From the NCBI GenBank assembly GCA_038087875.1, contig JAXLNO010000627.1, forward strand, positions 372,001-436,000: a DNA stretch of 64,000 nt, read 5' to 3'. A program made the translations under genes and the position numbers. Of the stretch, positions 12,810 through 25,000 are shown one piece after another (the stretch's first letter is position 1; each line of letters starts with the position of its first letter). This stretch comes from Malacoraja senta. Its lineage: Eukaryota. The notes under the pieces were generated by a model, which saw only the letters and a program-made list of their open reading frames with translations, had not been told where the DNA came from and did no database searches.

Positions 12810-15521
12810 AACCCTCCTCCTTGATATTATATTAACATTATTCATTTGCTCATTTCCCCCCATCCCCGCCTATCTCACTCATAGCCCCCAACTGCGCAGG
12901 CGCGGCTAGAGAGGGAGAGGGAGGGGAGGGGGTAGAGAGGGAGAGGGTGAGGGGGTAGAGATGGAGGGTGAGGGGGTAGAGATGGAGGGGGAGGGGGTAG
13001 AGATGGAGGGGGAGGGGGTAGAAAGTGAGAGGGGAGGGAGGTAGAGATTTTGGGGTGGGGGGCGGGGTCACAGGGAAGGGCTAGTTCCCGGAACGCAATA
13101 CTCCACCACTCACTCATATGGTCCCAATATTATTCACTCCCAGAAAGGGAGGGGGTAGTGAGGTATGGAGAGCGGAGAGGGAGAGAGGGCAGAGAGGGAG
13201 GGAGGGACAGAGGGAGGGCAGAGAGAGAGGGAGTTAGAGGGGGAGGAGAGAGGCCAGGCAGAGGGGAGAGAGAGAGGGCAGAGAAGGGAAGGAGAGAGGG
13301 CAGAGAAGGGAGAGAGAGAGGGCAGAGTGGGGAGAGAGAGAGGACGGGGTGAGAAGCGGACAGAGAGGGGAGAGAGGTCAGAGACAGGGAGAGGGCAGAG
13401 ACAGGGAGAGGGCACAGACATGGAGAGGGCACAGACAGGGATAGCGCAGGGGCAGAGACAGAGAGGTCAGAGACACAGAGAGGGGCAGAGACAGAGAGGG
13501 AGGGGCAGAAACAAAGAGGGAGGGGCAGCGATAGAGAGGAGGGGCAGAGACAGAGAGGGAGGGGCAAAGACAGAGGGAGGGCGGAGACAGAGAGAGGGCG
13601 GAGAGAGAGAGAGAGAGGCCAGAGACAGATAGAGTGCAGAGACTGAGAGAGATGGGCAGAAACAGAGAGAGATGGGCAGTGACAGAGAGAGAGAGAGGGC
13701 AGAGACTGAGAGATAGGTCAGGGATAGAGAGAGTCCAGAGACAGAGAGAGCAGAGACACAGAGAGAGGGCAGAGACAGAGAGAGAGAGGGCAGAGACAGA
13801 GTGAGAGGACAGAGACAGAGAGAGAAGGCAGAGACAGAGAAGGCAGAGACAGAGAGAGAGGTCAGGGACAGAGAGGGTCCAGACACAGAGAGAGCAGACA
13901 CAGAGAGAGGGCAGAGACAGAGATAGAGAGGGCAGAGACAGAGTGAGAGGACAGAGACAGAAATATAAAGCAGAGACAGAGAGAGAAGGCAGAGACACAG
14001 AGAGAGGGCAGAGACAGAGAGAGAGCGGTCAGAGACAGAGAGAGATTGCAGAGACAGAGAGAGAGGTCAGGGACAGAGAGAGTCCAGACACAGAGAGAGC
14101 AGCGACACAGAGAGAGGGCAGAGACAGAGAGAGGGCAGAGTCAGAGAGAGGGGCAGAGACAGAGAGAGAAGGCAGAGACAGAGAGAGGGCAGAGATAGAG
14201 AGAGAGGGCAGAGACAGAGAGAGAGGGCAGAGTGAGAGAGAGAGGCAGAGGCAGAGAAAAATGGCAGACAGAGAGAGAGAGGAAAAGACAGAGAGCGAGA
14301 GGGCAGAGACAGTTAGAGAGAAGGTAGAGACATTGCGAGAGAGCGCAGAGACAGAGAGAGAGGGTCAGAGAGAGAGACAGAGAGGGCAGAGACAGTACAG
14401 AGAGGAGCGAGACAGAGAGGGCCAGAGACAGATAGTGAGGGCAGCAACAGAGAGGGCAGTGACAGAGAGTTGGCAGAGACAGAGGGTTCTGCCCTCACTC
14501 CAGGTCCAGGCCCAATCCCAGTCCCAGCCCCAGCCCCAGCCCCAGCCCTAGCCCCAGCCCCAGCCCCAGTCCCAGCCCCAGCCCCAGCCGCAGCCCCAGT
14601 CCCAGCCCCAGACGCCGGGCTCGGCCTGCGGCAGTAGCCTCCCGAGGACCTCGAGATCGGCCGATCCAGGGCCCGACTTCATCTTCGGGCTCGACCTTTC
14701 TTCCCCGGCGGCGCCTTTTGAATATCCAGGGGGAGGGGCGGGGATAGCGGGGGGTGACGTCACGCGAAGCGAATGGAAGATCCTGAGCAAGCATACCCAT
14801 TGTGACGTTCATAAGCGAAAGCTAGTCGTGACGATATTGACGATTTTCAACTTTAATCTGTAAAAAGTCGAGAATAAAAGATAAATGTTCAGTTAAGGTG
14901 ATCCCGGCCTCGACGGGAAAAATGTCAACCGGAAGATGTATACATTTTATCGTTACTGCGTAGGATGTAAAGACACAAACACATACACATTTACAGAGAC
15001 ACGTCCAAGATCAGAGTTTTAGTATAGACTATACCAAGTGGGACACTTTGGGTCCCGTCCATCAACGTGCGGTTGTGGGGGAGACGGCCTACGGCATCAC
15101 ACACACACTAACCAACCACCCCCACCCCCCCCCCCCACACACACACACACTAACCCTCCTCCTTGATATTATATTAATATTATTCATTTGCTCATTTCCC
15201 CCATCCCCCGCCCTATCTCACTCATAGCCCCCAACTGCGCAGGCGCGGCTAGGAGAGGGAGAGGGAGGGGAGGGGGTAGAGAGGGAGAGGGTGAGGGGGT
15301 AGAGATGGAGGGTGAGGGGTAGTGATGGAGGGGGAGGGGGTAGAGATGGAGGGGGAGGGGGTAGAAAGTGAGAGGGAGGGGAGGTAGAGATTTTGGGGTG
15401 GGGGCGGGGTCACAGGGAAGGGCTAGTTCCCCGAACGCCATACTCCACCACTCACTCATAGGTCCCAATATTAATCACTCCCCCAGAAGGGAGGGGGGTA
15501 GTGAGGTATGGAGAGCGGAGA
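10948..15521 (-). mobile_element. Tandem array of non-autonomous Helitron-like units (10,948-12,688; 12,689-15,028; 15,029 to the gap)
   Basis: On the minus strand, units begin TCTATACTAAAAC and end in a GGGACCC-nnn-GGGTCCC-type hairpin about 11 nt before CTAG|T (10,948-10,951) or ATAG (internal junctions). No TIRs or TSDs are present. The interior has GA-rich microsatellite and a (CCCAGY)n repeat. Confidence 0.78.
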
Positions 15522-15721
15522 NNNNNNNNNNNNNNNNNNNNNNNNNNNNNNNNNNNNNNNNNNNNNNNNNNNNNNNNNNNNNNNNNNNNNNNNNNNNNNN
15601 NNNNNNNNNNNNNNNNNNNNNNNNNNNNNNNNNNNNNNNNNNNNNNNNNNNNNNNNNNNNNNNNNNNNNNNNNNNNNNNNNNNNNNNNNNNNNNNNNNNN
15701 NNNNNNNNNNNNNNNNNNNNN
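15522..15721. other. Assembly gap (200 N)
   Basis: Run of N. Confidence 1.
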
Positions 15722-15971
15722 TACAAAGTGCTGGAGTAACTCAGCGGGTCAGGCAGCATCTTTGGAGAACGTGGACAGGTACAATGTGCTGGAGTAACTC
15801 AGCAGGTCAGGCAGCATCTCTGGGGAACATGGACAGGTACAAAGTGCTGGAGTAACTCAGCGGGTCAGGCATCATCTCTGGAGAACGTGGACAGGTACAA
15901 AGTGCTGGAGTAACTCAGCGGATCAGGCAGCATCTCTATGGAGAACGTGGACAGGTACAAAGTGCTGGAGT
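15722..15971 (+). repeat. About 58-bp tandem repeat (about 4.3 copies) derived from the inverted Penelope-like terminal sequence
   Basis: Unit tacaaagtgctggagtaactcagcgggtcaggcagcatctctggagaacgtggacagg, similar to the reverse complement of 16,645-16,696. Confidence 0.85.
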
Positions 15972-16700
15972 ACCCTCCCACGGGATCCCACCACTGGCCA
16001 CATTTTCCCATCTCCCCTGCCTGCTTTCCGCAGAAACATCTCCCTCCGTAACTTCCTGGTCAATTCATCCCTTCCCAAACCACCCCCTCCCCTGGTACTT
16101 TCCCTTGCAACCGCAGGAAAATGCTTGTCGCTTTCCCTCCCCCCTCGACACAATCCAAGGACCCAAGCAGTCTTTCCAGGTGTGGCAGAATTTCACCTGG
16201 ACCTCCTCCAACCTCATCTATTGCATCTGCTGTTCTAGGTGTCAGCTGCTCTACATCGGTGAGACCAAGCGCAGGCTTGGCGATCACTTCGCCAACACCT
16301 CCGCTCAGTTCGCAATAACCAACCTGATCTCCCGGTGGCTCAGTACTTCAACTCCCCCTACTATTCCTAATCGGAACTTTCTGTCTTGGGCCTCCTCCCA
16401 TTGTCAGAGTGAGGCCCAGCGCAAATTGGAGGAACAGCACCTCATATTTTGCTTGGGCAGTTTACACCCCAGCGGTATGAACATTAACTTCACCAATTTC
16501 AGATTTCCCTGCTTTCTCCCTCCTTCTCCTCCCCTTCCCATCTCTCCCACAGCCTACTATCTCCGCCTCTTCCTTTCTTTTTCCCGCCACCCCCACTCCC
16601 ACATCAGTCTGAAGAAGGGTCTCGACCCGAAACGTCACCTTTTCCTTCTCCATAGATGCTGCCTCACCCGCGGAGATTCTCCAGCATTTTTGTCTACTTT
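15972..16700 (+). mobile_element. Penelope-like element 3' part (GIY-YIG endonuclease and terminal repeat)
   Basis: TSSNLIYCICCSRCQLLYIGETKRRLGDHF and RKLEEQHLIFCLGSLHPSGMNINF, followed by a pyrimidine-rich stretch and a hammerhead motif. Confidence 0.9.
16603..16642 (+). ncRNA. Minimal type I hammerhead ribozyme motif in the Penelope terminal repeat
   Basis: CTGAAGA (16,609-16,615), an extra A, stem II GGGT-ctcg-ACCC, then GAAA-CG-TC. Stems I and III are very short. Activity is not shown. Confidence 0.6.
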
Positions 16701-17560
16701 AGAGATATGGAGTGGGCGGCGCGACTTTCGTTTGCAGCGGCCTCTGCAGTCCGTCTGTCTTTTTATTTTTTTCCCTCGTTTTTATGTAGTTTTTTATTTT
16801 ATTTTTTGTCGGGGTATGTGTGTTGGGGGGGGGGGGGTGGGGGTGGGGGTGGGGGGGGGACTTTGAAATCTTTCCCCTGCACGGGGGACCCGACCTTTTC
16901 TTTGTCGGGTCTCCGTTGTCGTTGGGGCTGGGCAACGTGGAGCGGCCTCCAGCAGGAACGACCTGGGGCTCCAGTTGTGGAGCTGCGGACTACTCACCGT
17001 CACGGGGCTGGCCGAGTCCGGAGCGGGTGGAGCTGTGGTGGAGCGCTGCTGCGACCCGACCCCCGGAGATTCGGAGGCTACAACCGCGGGTCTGGCGACG
17101 GCAACACTGGAAGCCCGCGGGTCCCCTATTGGGAGACCGCTTTTCGGGGCTTCCGCAGCGGCGACTTCTCCCGCCCGAGTTGCGGGGTTGAAGAGCACCT
17201 GGAGCGGGGCTTTATCCCCCCGCGCGGCTTGGAATGCCGCCGAACTTTGCGGGCGCGCGCCGGGGCTCTAACACCAAGACCCGGTGCGCGACCTTGCATC
17301 ACCCGGCGTGGCTTTAATGGCCGCGGGATAATCACCATCGCCCGCCGGGGGCTTTGACTTTGACTCTGACATCGGGGGGGGGGGGGAGATACGTTTTTTT
17401 TTGCCTTCCATCACAGCGTTGTGATGGATGTATGTGTAAATTGTGTTGTGTCTCGGGTCTTCTTCGTTTTGTATTGTATGGCTGCAGAAACGACATTTCG
17501 TTTGGACCTCAAGGGGTCCAAAATGACAAATTTGTCCAAAAGACAAAGACAAATAAATAG
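16700..17560 (+). mobile_element. GC-rich non-autonomous interspersed retroelement-like repeat
   Basis: CpG-rich body with a LINE-like 3' end (gtatggctgcagaaacgacatttcg..aaatgacaa..aaataaa). No recognisable ORF. Confidence 0.45.
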
Positions 17561-18184
17561 AATTGAAGTGTAAGGTGTGAAAACCGATTCCTCCAGTTAC
17601 TCCAGCACTGTGTCTATCTTCGGTGTAAACCAGCCTAGAGTCATAGAGTGATACAGCATGGAAACAGGCCCTTTTGCAGGGCAAGTGTTTTTTACACAGA
17701 GGGTGGTGGGTGCCTGGAACGTGCTGATGATGGCGGTAGTGAAGGAATATACGATAGTGGTGTTTAAGATGCCTTGGATAGGAACGTGGATATGCAGGGA
17801 ATGGAGGGATATGGATCACGTGCAGGCAGCGGCACCGCAGGAACTTTAAATCTTCGACCGCCGGCCTGCGGCCTACACCAACCTGAAGCCAAGGTCTCCG
17901 GTGGGAGAGGCACCGATTCAGGACAGACCGACTTTTACTCATCTGGACGCCCGCAGCGGTGGCTGCGGAGGGTTGAGGTCCCGACCACGGGGGAAAATGG
18001 AGGAGGACTGGCCAAATTTAGTGCCTTCCACCACAGTGATGAATGCTGTGGTGGATGTTTGTGTTAAATTCTTATTGGCGTTTTTGTGTGTTCTTTTTCA
18101 TTGTACCGCTGCTGGCAAATTCATTTCACTTGCACTTAATGTGTGATGATTTGGGTCGAGACAGAGAGTCAGGGGAGAGGGAAA

Positions 18185-18620
18185 TAAGTTTAGTTTTCTT
18201 TAATTTAACTGAATTTAATTTAACTTAATTTAATTTAACTTAGGTTACATAATTTAGTTTAGTTTAGTTTAGATTAATTTAGTTCAGTTTAGTTTAATTT
18301 AGATTAATTTAATTTAGTTTAATTTTCATTAATTGAGTTTAGTTCAGTTTAGTTCAACTTAAGCTAGTTTAGTTTATTGTCATGTGTACCGATGTACAGT
18401 GAAAAGCTTTTGATGCATGCTAACCAGTCAGCGGAAAGAATATACATGATTGCAATCGTCCACAGCGTACAGATACAGGATGAAGGGAATAACGTCTAGT
18501 GCAAGGTAAAGTCTGATTAAAGATAGTCTGAGGGTCTCCAATGGGGTAGATGGGAGGTCAGGACTTTTCTCTAGCTGGTGAGAGGACGGTTCAGCTGAGT
18601 AACCAGATATCAGCTGGGAA
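18185..18620 (-). mobile_element. LINE 3' fragment with expanded (AAACT/AAATT)n tail
   Basis: A pentamer microsatellite at 18,185-18,375 abuts tttattgtcatgtgtaccgatgtacagtgaaaagc, the reverse complement of a LINE 3' end with aataaa. Confidence 0.6.
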
Positions 18621-19744
18621 GATGAAGTAAAGTTGGATTAAAGATTGGAATTTAGTACATTATATCTCCACAGATTATGAACCCCTAGATATGTTACATG
18701 CCTTTCTACAAGTTAAATTAATATCAGGTCAGAGACTAAATATTTCCCAATCTTCAGTATCTCTTTCATCTTGTGGTGAGGAGGGAGCGCCGCACTGCGG
18801 GAGGGAGGGAGGGTTTAGATCCTTGAATCACTTGTTAATAATTTAACTCCTTTCTACTTTTCACCACTCCTCAGCTGTCTGTGGGGACGAATGCAGTGAG
18901 TAACAACTGTTTCTGTACCAGCCTCGAAAATTACCAGTTAGATTCATACTTGTACCAGCTGTCAAATTTACCCGGTCCCTACACCCCCTCTCCCCCCCCC
19001 CACGGACCCCAACACCCCTCCCCGTCTCTGTCACCCCCTCCCCTCCCCTCCGGCCCCTACACCCACTCTCCCTGACTCTTTAACCCCCTCCCCCCCACTG
19101 ACCCCCCCACTCCTCCCTTTTACTGTAACCCCCTCACCTCCGGATCCTACTCAAAAGCCGGACCGATGAAGGCCAATGTTGACCATCTTGACCACCTTAT
19201 CTACCTGTGACGCCACTTTCAGTGAACTCTGTACCTGTACTCCTTGATCCCTCTGCTCTACAACACTACCCAGAACCCGACCATTCACTGTGTAGGTCCT
19301 GCCCATGTTTGAATCCCCAAAATAAAACACTGTAGCGAGTCAAAACTTCGTGGTCAAACAGTTACTTTATTTGATGAGATAAGTTTGACATACATGTGCG
19401 TTGGGACTCTCTAACATATTGAGTCATTGCTGTTGCTGTTGAGCGAGGGTGTTGACTTGAGCTCAGCTGCCTGTAGACTGGTGATCTCAAGGTAAGATCT
19501 GTTGATGCAGCAGGACATTCGCCTTAACCCATGACGTCACGTGACAGTTGTCGTAAACACTGACGAGGGCTCGACTCTAAGTGGTCTGACCATCAGGTGA
19601 CGCCCCCTGAAGCGAAGGAATGAAAACGAGCAGGCCAACGAAACGCGGCAGCCAAAACTCGTAAACCCACAGGCAAAAAGGGATAGAGCGCGCTCACCTT
19701 CTACCGGAAGGTGCGCAAGCATGGTTGACAGTGGCTCCTGCTGT

Positions 19745-19886
19745 GGGTCGGGGGCACCCCGGCTGTGGGTCGGGATGGTGGGGCCCGCGGGCACAGCCAG
19801 TGCTCCGGCTGTGGGTCGGGACGGTGGGGCCCGCGGGCACAGCCAGTGCTCCGGCTGTGGGACGGGTCGGTGGGGCCCGCGGGCAC
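19745..19886. repeat. About 45-bp GC-rich minisatellite (about 3 copies)
   Basis: Unit ccggctgtgggtcgggayggtggggcccgcgggcacagccagtgct. Confidence 0.8.
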
Positions 19887-20561
19887 AATCGACCATCCCG
19901 GCCGTATGCCGAGGAGTACAAGGAGACCAATGCAAAAGCCGCAGGATGCACGAGATACAGTCGCATCTCATCGACCAGCAGGGGATCGTGTCCCGAGAAA
20001 TACGGCCCTCAGCAACAGCTGGGAGACATCGGCAACAATGCAAACCAAAGAAAACAACAAAGAATTAAGAATAAATTAACAGCGAGGTCATTACAGTGTA
20101 ACAAGTGAAAAGAGAAAGAAAAAAATCTACAATGAGCAAACAAGTCCAAAGTGGTGGGAAACTAAAAGTTCAAATTGTCCAGTGTCTGATAAGAAGCAGT
20201 GCTGGAAGCTGGAACACTGCGGGTTGCAGTGACATCATCCGACCTGAAGAGGCGCTGTTAATGGCGACAGGCTGCAGATACACCATTCCAACTGAGGTGG
20301 CGCTGTGGCCGGCAGTCAGCTTGCAGAGACACCATCCGGTCGGAAGGTGGCGCTGTTGACGGCGGTCAGACTGCAGACACGTCATCGGAATCAGTGGAAT
20401 TGTCTGCCTCAGAAGGCAGTGGAGGCCAATTGTCTGGATGCCTTCAAGAGAGAGTTAGATAGAGCTCTTAAATATAGCGGAGTCAAGGGATATGGGGAGA
20501 AGGCAGGAACGGGGTATTTCCCTCTCGACCCCATTCTCCTGCCTTCTCCCCATAACTTGGA

Positions 20562-22090
20562 ATGTTACAAAATGTTGAGATTTTAAAAATCATGTCTGTA
20601 ATTTATCTCATCAGATAAAGCTTAAAAATAACTTTAATTTGATACCTAATTCACTTTCATATCTTCAGTATTAAAAAAGTTCGGTCATTTTCATACTCGG
20701 AAATTAACATCTTGTTCCCTATTGCCTCTCTTGAAGGCATCTTGTTCCCTATTGCTTTTCCATTAACTTAACACAAAAGCTGCGATTGACGACAGTCAAT
20801 TGACATAAAAGCCCATAACTTTCTTAAACATTAAGATAACTGAATGACAATTTCAGTTATTATAGATGGAAGCATTCTGAAACAAATATGATACATTTTA
20901 CTTGGATGGCTTGAAATTAAAGTATATAATCAATTAATTACCTAATTAAGTAGCTAAATACAAAATTAACCGTTGTCGCGGAAATAGTAATAAACACCCA
21001 GACTGCCTTGAAAATTCAAAAATGTGATTTTCTCAAGATCAGAACTTTAATATTATTGTAACGTTAAAACAAATAGTAAATACCCAACAAAAAATCATAT
21101 TCATCAGTGTCATCAAATCAATTCATCTAAATTCAATTACTAGATCTAAACATCCCATTCTTAAGAAAAGGCTAAGAATATTTTTTTAAATAGCCAAAGT
21201 ATCCAAATAACAAACTGATCCCATTCACACAAGAATTCACAACATAACATGATTTTTAAATCTTACTTTGTCATGAATTTCTATGCCAAATGGAAGGAAT
21301 TGAATGTTTAATTGCCATTACTTTTTCTCTTTCTCACTGCAGCAGGCAAGGGCCGTTTCACACAGACATTTGTTCAAATCCAGAAACATCCACTCTCAAG
21401 ATAATCAAAATCATTATTTTTTGCACAATCATGTCATAACAACATCTAAATAATCCATATTTTGTGTTATTGCCTATCCACGATCAATATTCACATACTA
21501 AACATCTCACTGAAACTTTGCTGTGGAAGTTTTCAGATATTTAGTATGAAAATATTAATCATGGATAGACCATAATACAAAATATAGATTATTTAGGTTC
21601 TTATGATATGATTGTGCAAAAAAAAAAAGAATTTGATTATCTTGAGAGTGGCTGTTTCTCGATTGTGATCGATCGGAATGTGGCCGCAAAACTTATGATT
21701 TAAGCCCCTATCGGCAGGCAAGACACAGGGTCCTAAATAACATTTTTCGCATCATCAGATTAAAATGAAACCACACCAAAAAGCAAGAAAAGATGTCAAA
21801 TTAACGGCATACCTTTTGTTTTGTCCTGCACTTGCGATCCGTGATGTTGAAGGCGTTGACGGCGTTAGAAGTCGCGTTTAACTTCAATCCAGCGATGCAA
21901 TCGATCAGCAACTTTCTTTTTTGAAACGGGGACGGGATCGCAGATCGATTTTTCTTCATCAGCTTGAAGTCCGAGCAAATTCCTCTCCGACAACCAATAC
22001 AAACCTGCATTTTAATCCTCCCCCCCTCAACAGCCTATGGAATCGCATGCACATGCAGTGGGAAGATGGTAGGGTTTTGTAACAACACTA
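20562..22090. mobile_element. AT-rich non-autonomous TIR DNA transposon (possibly hAT-like)
   Basis: Inverted ends tgttacaaaa (20,563-20,572) and ttttgtaaca (22,075-22,084) followed by acacta. No ORF. The left terminus looks clipped. Confidence 0.5.
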
Positions 22091-22091
22091 G

Positions 22092-25000
22092 TATATACTA
22101 AACTCTGATCTTGTACGTGTCTATGTATATGTGTATATGTGTGTGTCTTTACATCTTTGTGAAAAAAATATGCAGTATCGATCACATTTATACATATTCC
22201 GGTAGACATATTTCGGTCGAGGCCGGAATCAAAGTATCTGCACATTTCATCTTTTATTTCTCTACTTTTTACAGATTAAAGTTGAAAATCGTCAAAAGCC
22301 CGAATTTAAAGCGACTAGCTTTCATTTATGACGTCACAATGGGTCTGCTTGGTGCCACAGAATCTTACATGCGCTTCAAATGACGTCACTCCCCCGACCA
22401 CTCCTACGCCCCCACGACCCCTCACACCACCCGGTTCCTAAAAGGCGCCGCCGTGGAAGATAGGACGAGCCCGGAGATGAAGTCGGGCCCTGGATCGGCT
22501 GATCTCGAGGTCCTCGGGAGGCTAATGCCGCAGGCCGAGCCCGGCGACTGGGACTGGGACTGGGACTGGGACTGGGACTGGGACTGGGACTGGGACTGGG
22601 ACTGGTCCTGGGACTGGTCCTGGGACTGGGACTAGGCCTGGGCTGGAGCAGTGCCTGGACCTGGAGTGAGGGCAGAACCCTCTGCCCTCTCTCTCAGTCT
22701 CTGCCCTCTCTCTCTGTCTCCGCCCTCTCTCTCTGTCTTGCCCTCTCCCTCTGTCTCTGCACTCTCTCTCTGTCTCTTCCCTCTCTCTCTGTCTCTGCCC
22801 TCTCCCTGTCCCAGTCTCTGCCCTCTCCCTGTCCCCGCCCTCTCATTGTCTCTGCCCTCTCCCTGTCTCTGCCCTCTCTGTCTCTGTCTCTGCCGTCTCT
22901 GTCTCTGTCTCTGCCCTCTCTGTCTCTGTCTCTTCCCTCTCCCTGTCTCTGCCCTCTCCCTGTCTCTGCCCTCTCCCTATCCATGCCCTCTTCCTGTCTC
23001 TGCCCTCTGCCTGTCTCTGCCCTCTCCCTGTCTCTGCCCTCTCTCCCCTCTCTGTCCACTTCTCTCCCCGTCCTCTCTCTCTCCCCTCTCTGTCCACTTC
23101 TCTCCCCCGTCCTCTCTCTCTCCCCTCACTGCCCTCTCTCTCTCCCTCCTCTGCCATCTTTCACCTTCCCTTCTCTGCCCTCTCTCTCTCCCGCTCCCCT
23201 CTGCCTGGCCTCTCTCCTCCCCCTCTACCTCCCCTCTCCCTCTCTGCCCTCCCTCTGTGCCCTCTCTCCCTCTGTGCCCTCCATCACTGTGCCCTCCCCC
23301 CCTCTCTGCTCTCCCTCCCTCTCTGCCTCCTCCCTCTCTGGGGAGTGATGAGTATTGGGACCTATGAGTGAGTGGTGGAGTATTGCGTTCGGGGACTAGC
23401 CCTCCCCCGTGACGCTGCCCACCCCTACCCTACATCTCTACCTCCCCTCCTTCTCCCTCTCTACTCCCCCTCCATCTCTACCCCCCCACCCTCTCCCTCT
23501 CTACCCCCTCCCCACCCTCTCCCTCTCTAGCCGTGCAGTTGCAGGGTTATGAGTGAGATAGGCGGGGGATGGGGGAAAAGGAGCAAATGAATAATATTAA
23601 TATAATATCAAGGAGGAGGGTTAGTGTATGTGTGTGTGTGTGTGTGGGGGGGGGGTGGTTAGTGTGTGTGTGATGCCGCAGGCCGCCTCCTCCACAACCG
23701 CACGTTGATGGGACGGGACCCAACGGGTCCCACTTGGTATCGTCTATACTAAAACTTCTGATCTTGGACGTGTCTCTGTAATTGTGTATATGTGTGTGTC
23801 TTTACATCTTCGCGAAAAAACTACACAGTAACGATAAAATGTTTACATCTTCCGGTTGACATTTTTCCCGTCGAGGCCGGGATTACCTTAACTGAACATT
23901 TCATCTTTTATTTCTCGACTTTTTACAGATTAAAGTTGAAAGTCGTCAAAAGACTGAATTTAAAACGACCAGCTGTCACTGATGACATCACAATGGGTCT
24001 GCTTGTTGCTCAGAATCTTCCATTCGGTTCGAGTGACGTCACCCCCCGCTGTCCCTCCCGCCACCCCCCACCCCGGTTATTCAAAAGGCGCCGCCGTGGA
24101 AGAAAGGACGAGCCCGAAGATCGGCCGATCTCGAGGTCCTCTGGAGGCTGCTGCTGCAGGCCAAGCCCGGCGACTGGGGTTGGGACTGGGCCTGGGGCTG
24201 GGACTGGGACTGGGACTGGGATGAGGCCTGGGCTAGAGCAGTGCTTGGACCTGGAGTGAGGGCAGAACCCTCTGCTCTCTTTCTCTGTCTCTGCCCTCTC
24301 TCTCGCTGACTTTGCCCTCTCTCTCTCTGGCCTCTCTGTCCCTGCCCTCTCTCTCTGCCTGCCCGCTCTCTCTGTCTCTGCCATCTCTCTCTGTCTCTGC
24401 ACTCTCTCACTCTGTCTCTGCCTTTCTCCCCATCTGTCTCTGCCCTCTCTGTCTCTGTCTCTGTCCCCTCTCCCTGTCTCTGCGCTCTCTCAACCCTTCC
24501 TGCCCCCCTCCGTCCATTCTCCCGCTCCCTCTCTGCCCCCAATCGCTCTCTGCCCCCATTTCCTCTCTGCCACCCCTCCCTGTCTGCCCCCCTCCCTTTC
24601 TGCCCACCCTCTCCCTTTCTGCCCCCCGTTTACACTCTGTCCCCCTCCCTCTCTGTCCCCCTAGCTCTCTGCCCGCCCCTCTCTCTCTGCTCCGTCCCCT
24701 CCGTCCCTGCCCCCCTCCTTCTCTGCCCCCCCTCCTCTGCCCCCCCCCACCATCTCTGCCCCCACCATCTCTGCCCCCCCATCTCTGCTCCCCTCCCTCT
24801 CTGCCCCCTCATTCTCTGCCCCTCCCTCTCTGCCCCTCGCTATCTGCCCCCTCCCTCACTGCCCCCTCCATCTCTGCCCCCTCACTCTCTGACCCCCTCC
24901 CACTATGCACCCCCTACCTCTCTGTCCACCTCCCTCTCTGCTTCCACTCCCTGTGCACCCCCTTCCTGTCTGCTCCCTCCCTCTCTGCCCGCTCCCTCTC

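Larger units (their letters stand above)
1..15521 (+). repeat. Left arm of inverted segmental duplication (probably extends upstream of the window)
   Basis: 1-36 is the reverse complement of 30,902-30,937. 6,521-10,760 mirrors about 30,900-26,470, and 10,764-11,010 mirrors 26,043-25,790. The Helitron-like units also mirror each other. Confidence 0.93.

Noticed and set aside
12130..15521. A third Helitron unit in the left arm as a genuine recent amplification
   Set aside because: 12,130-13,180 and 14,470-15,520 differ mostly by single-base indels and end at a gap. This fits low-quality contig-end sequence equally well, so copy number is uncertain.
15722..15971. CRISPR-like array (also considered for 56,833-57,052)
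   Set aside because: No unique spacers, eukaryotic context and no cas genes. These are plain tandem repeats.
19331..19416. Short LTR (TG..CA ends, AATAAA on the minus strand)
   Set aside because: No partner LTR, PBS, PPT, TSD or gag/pol remnant was found.
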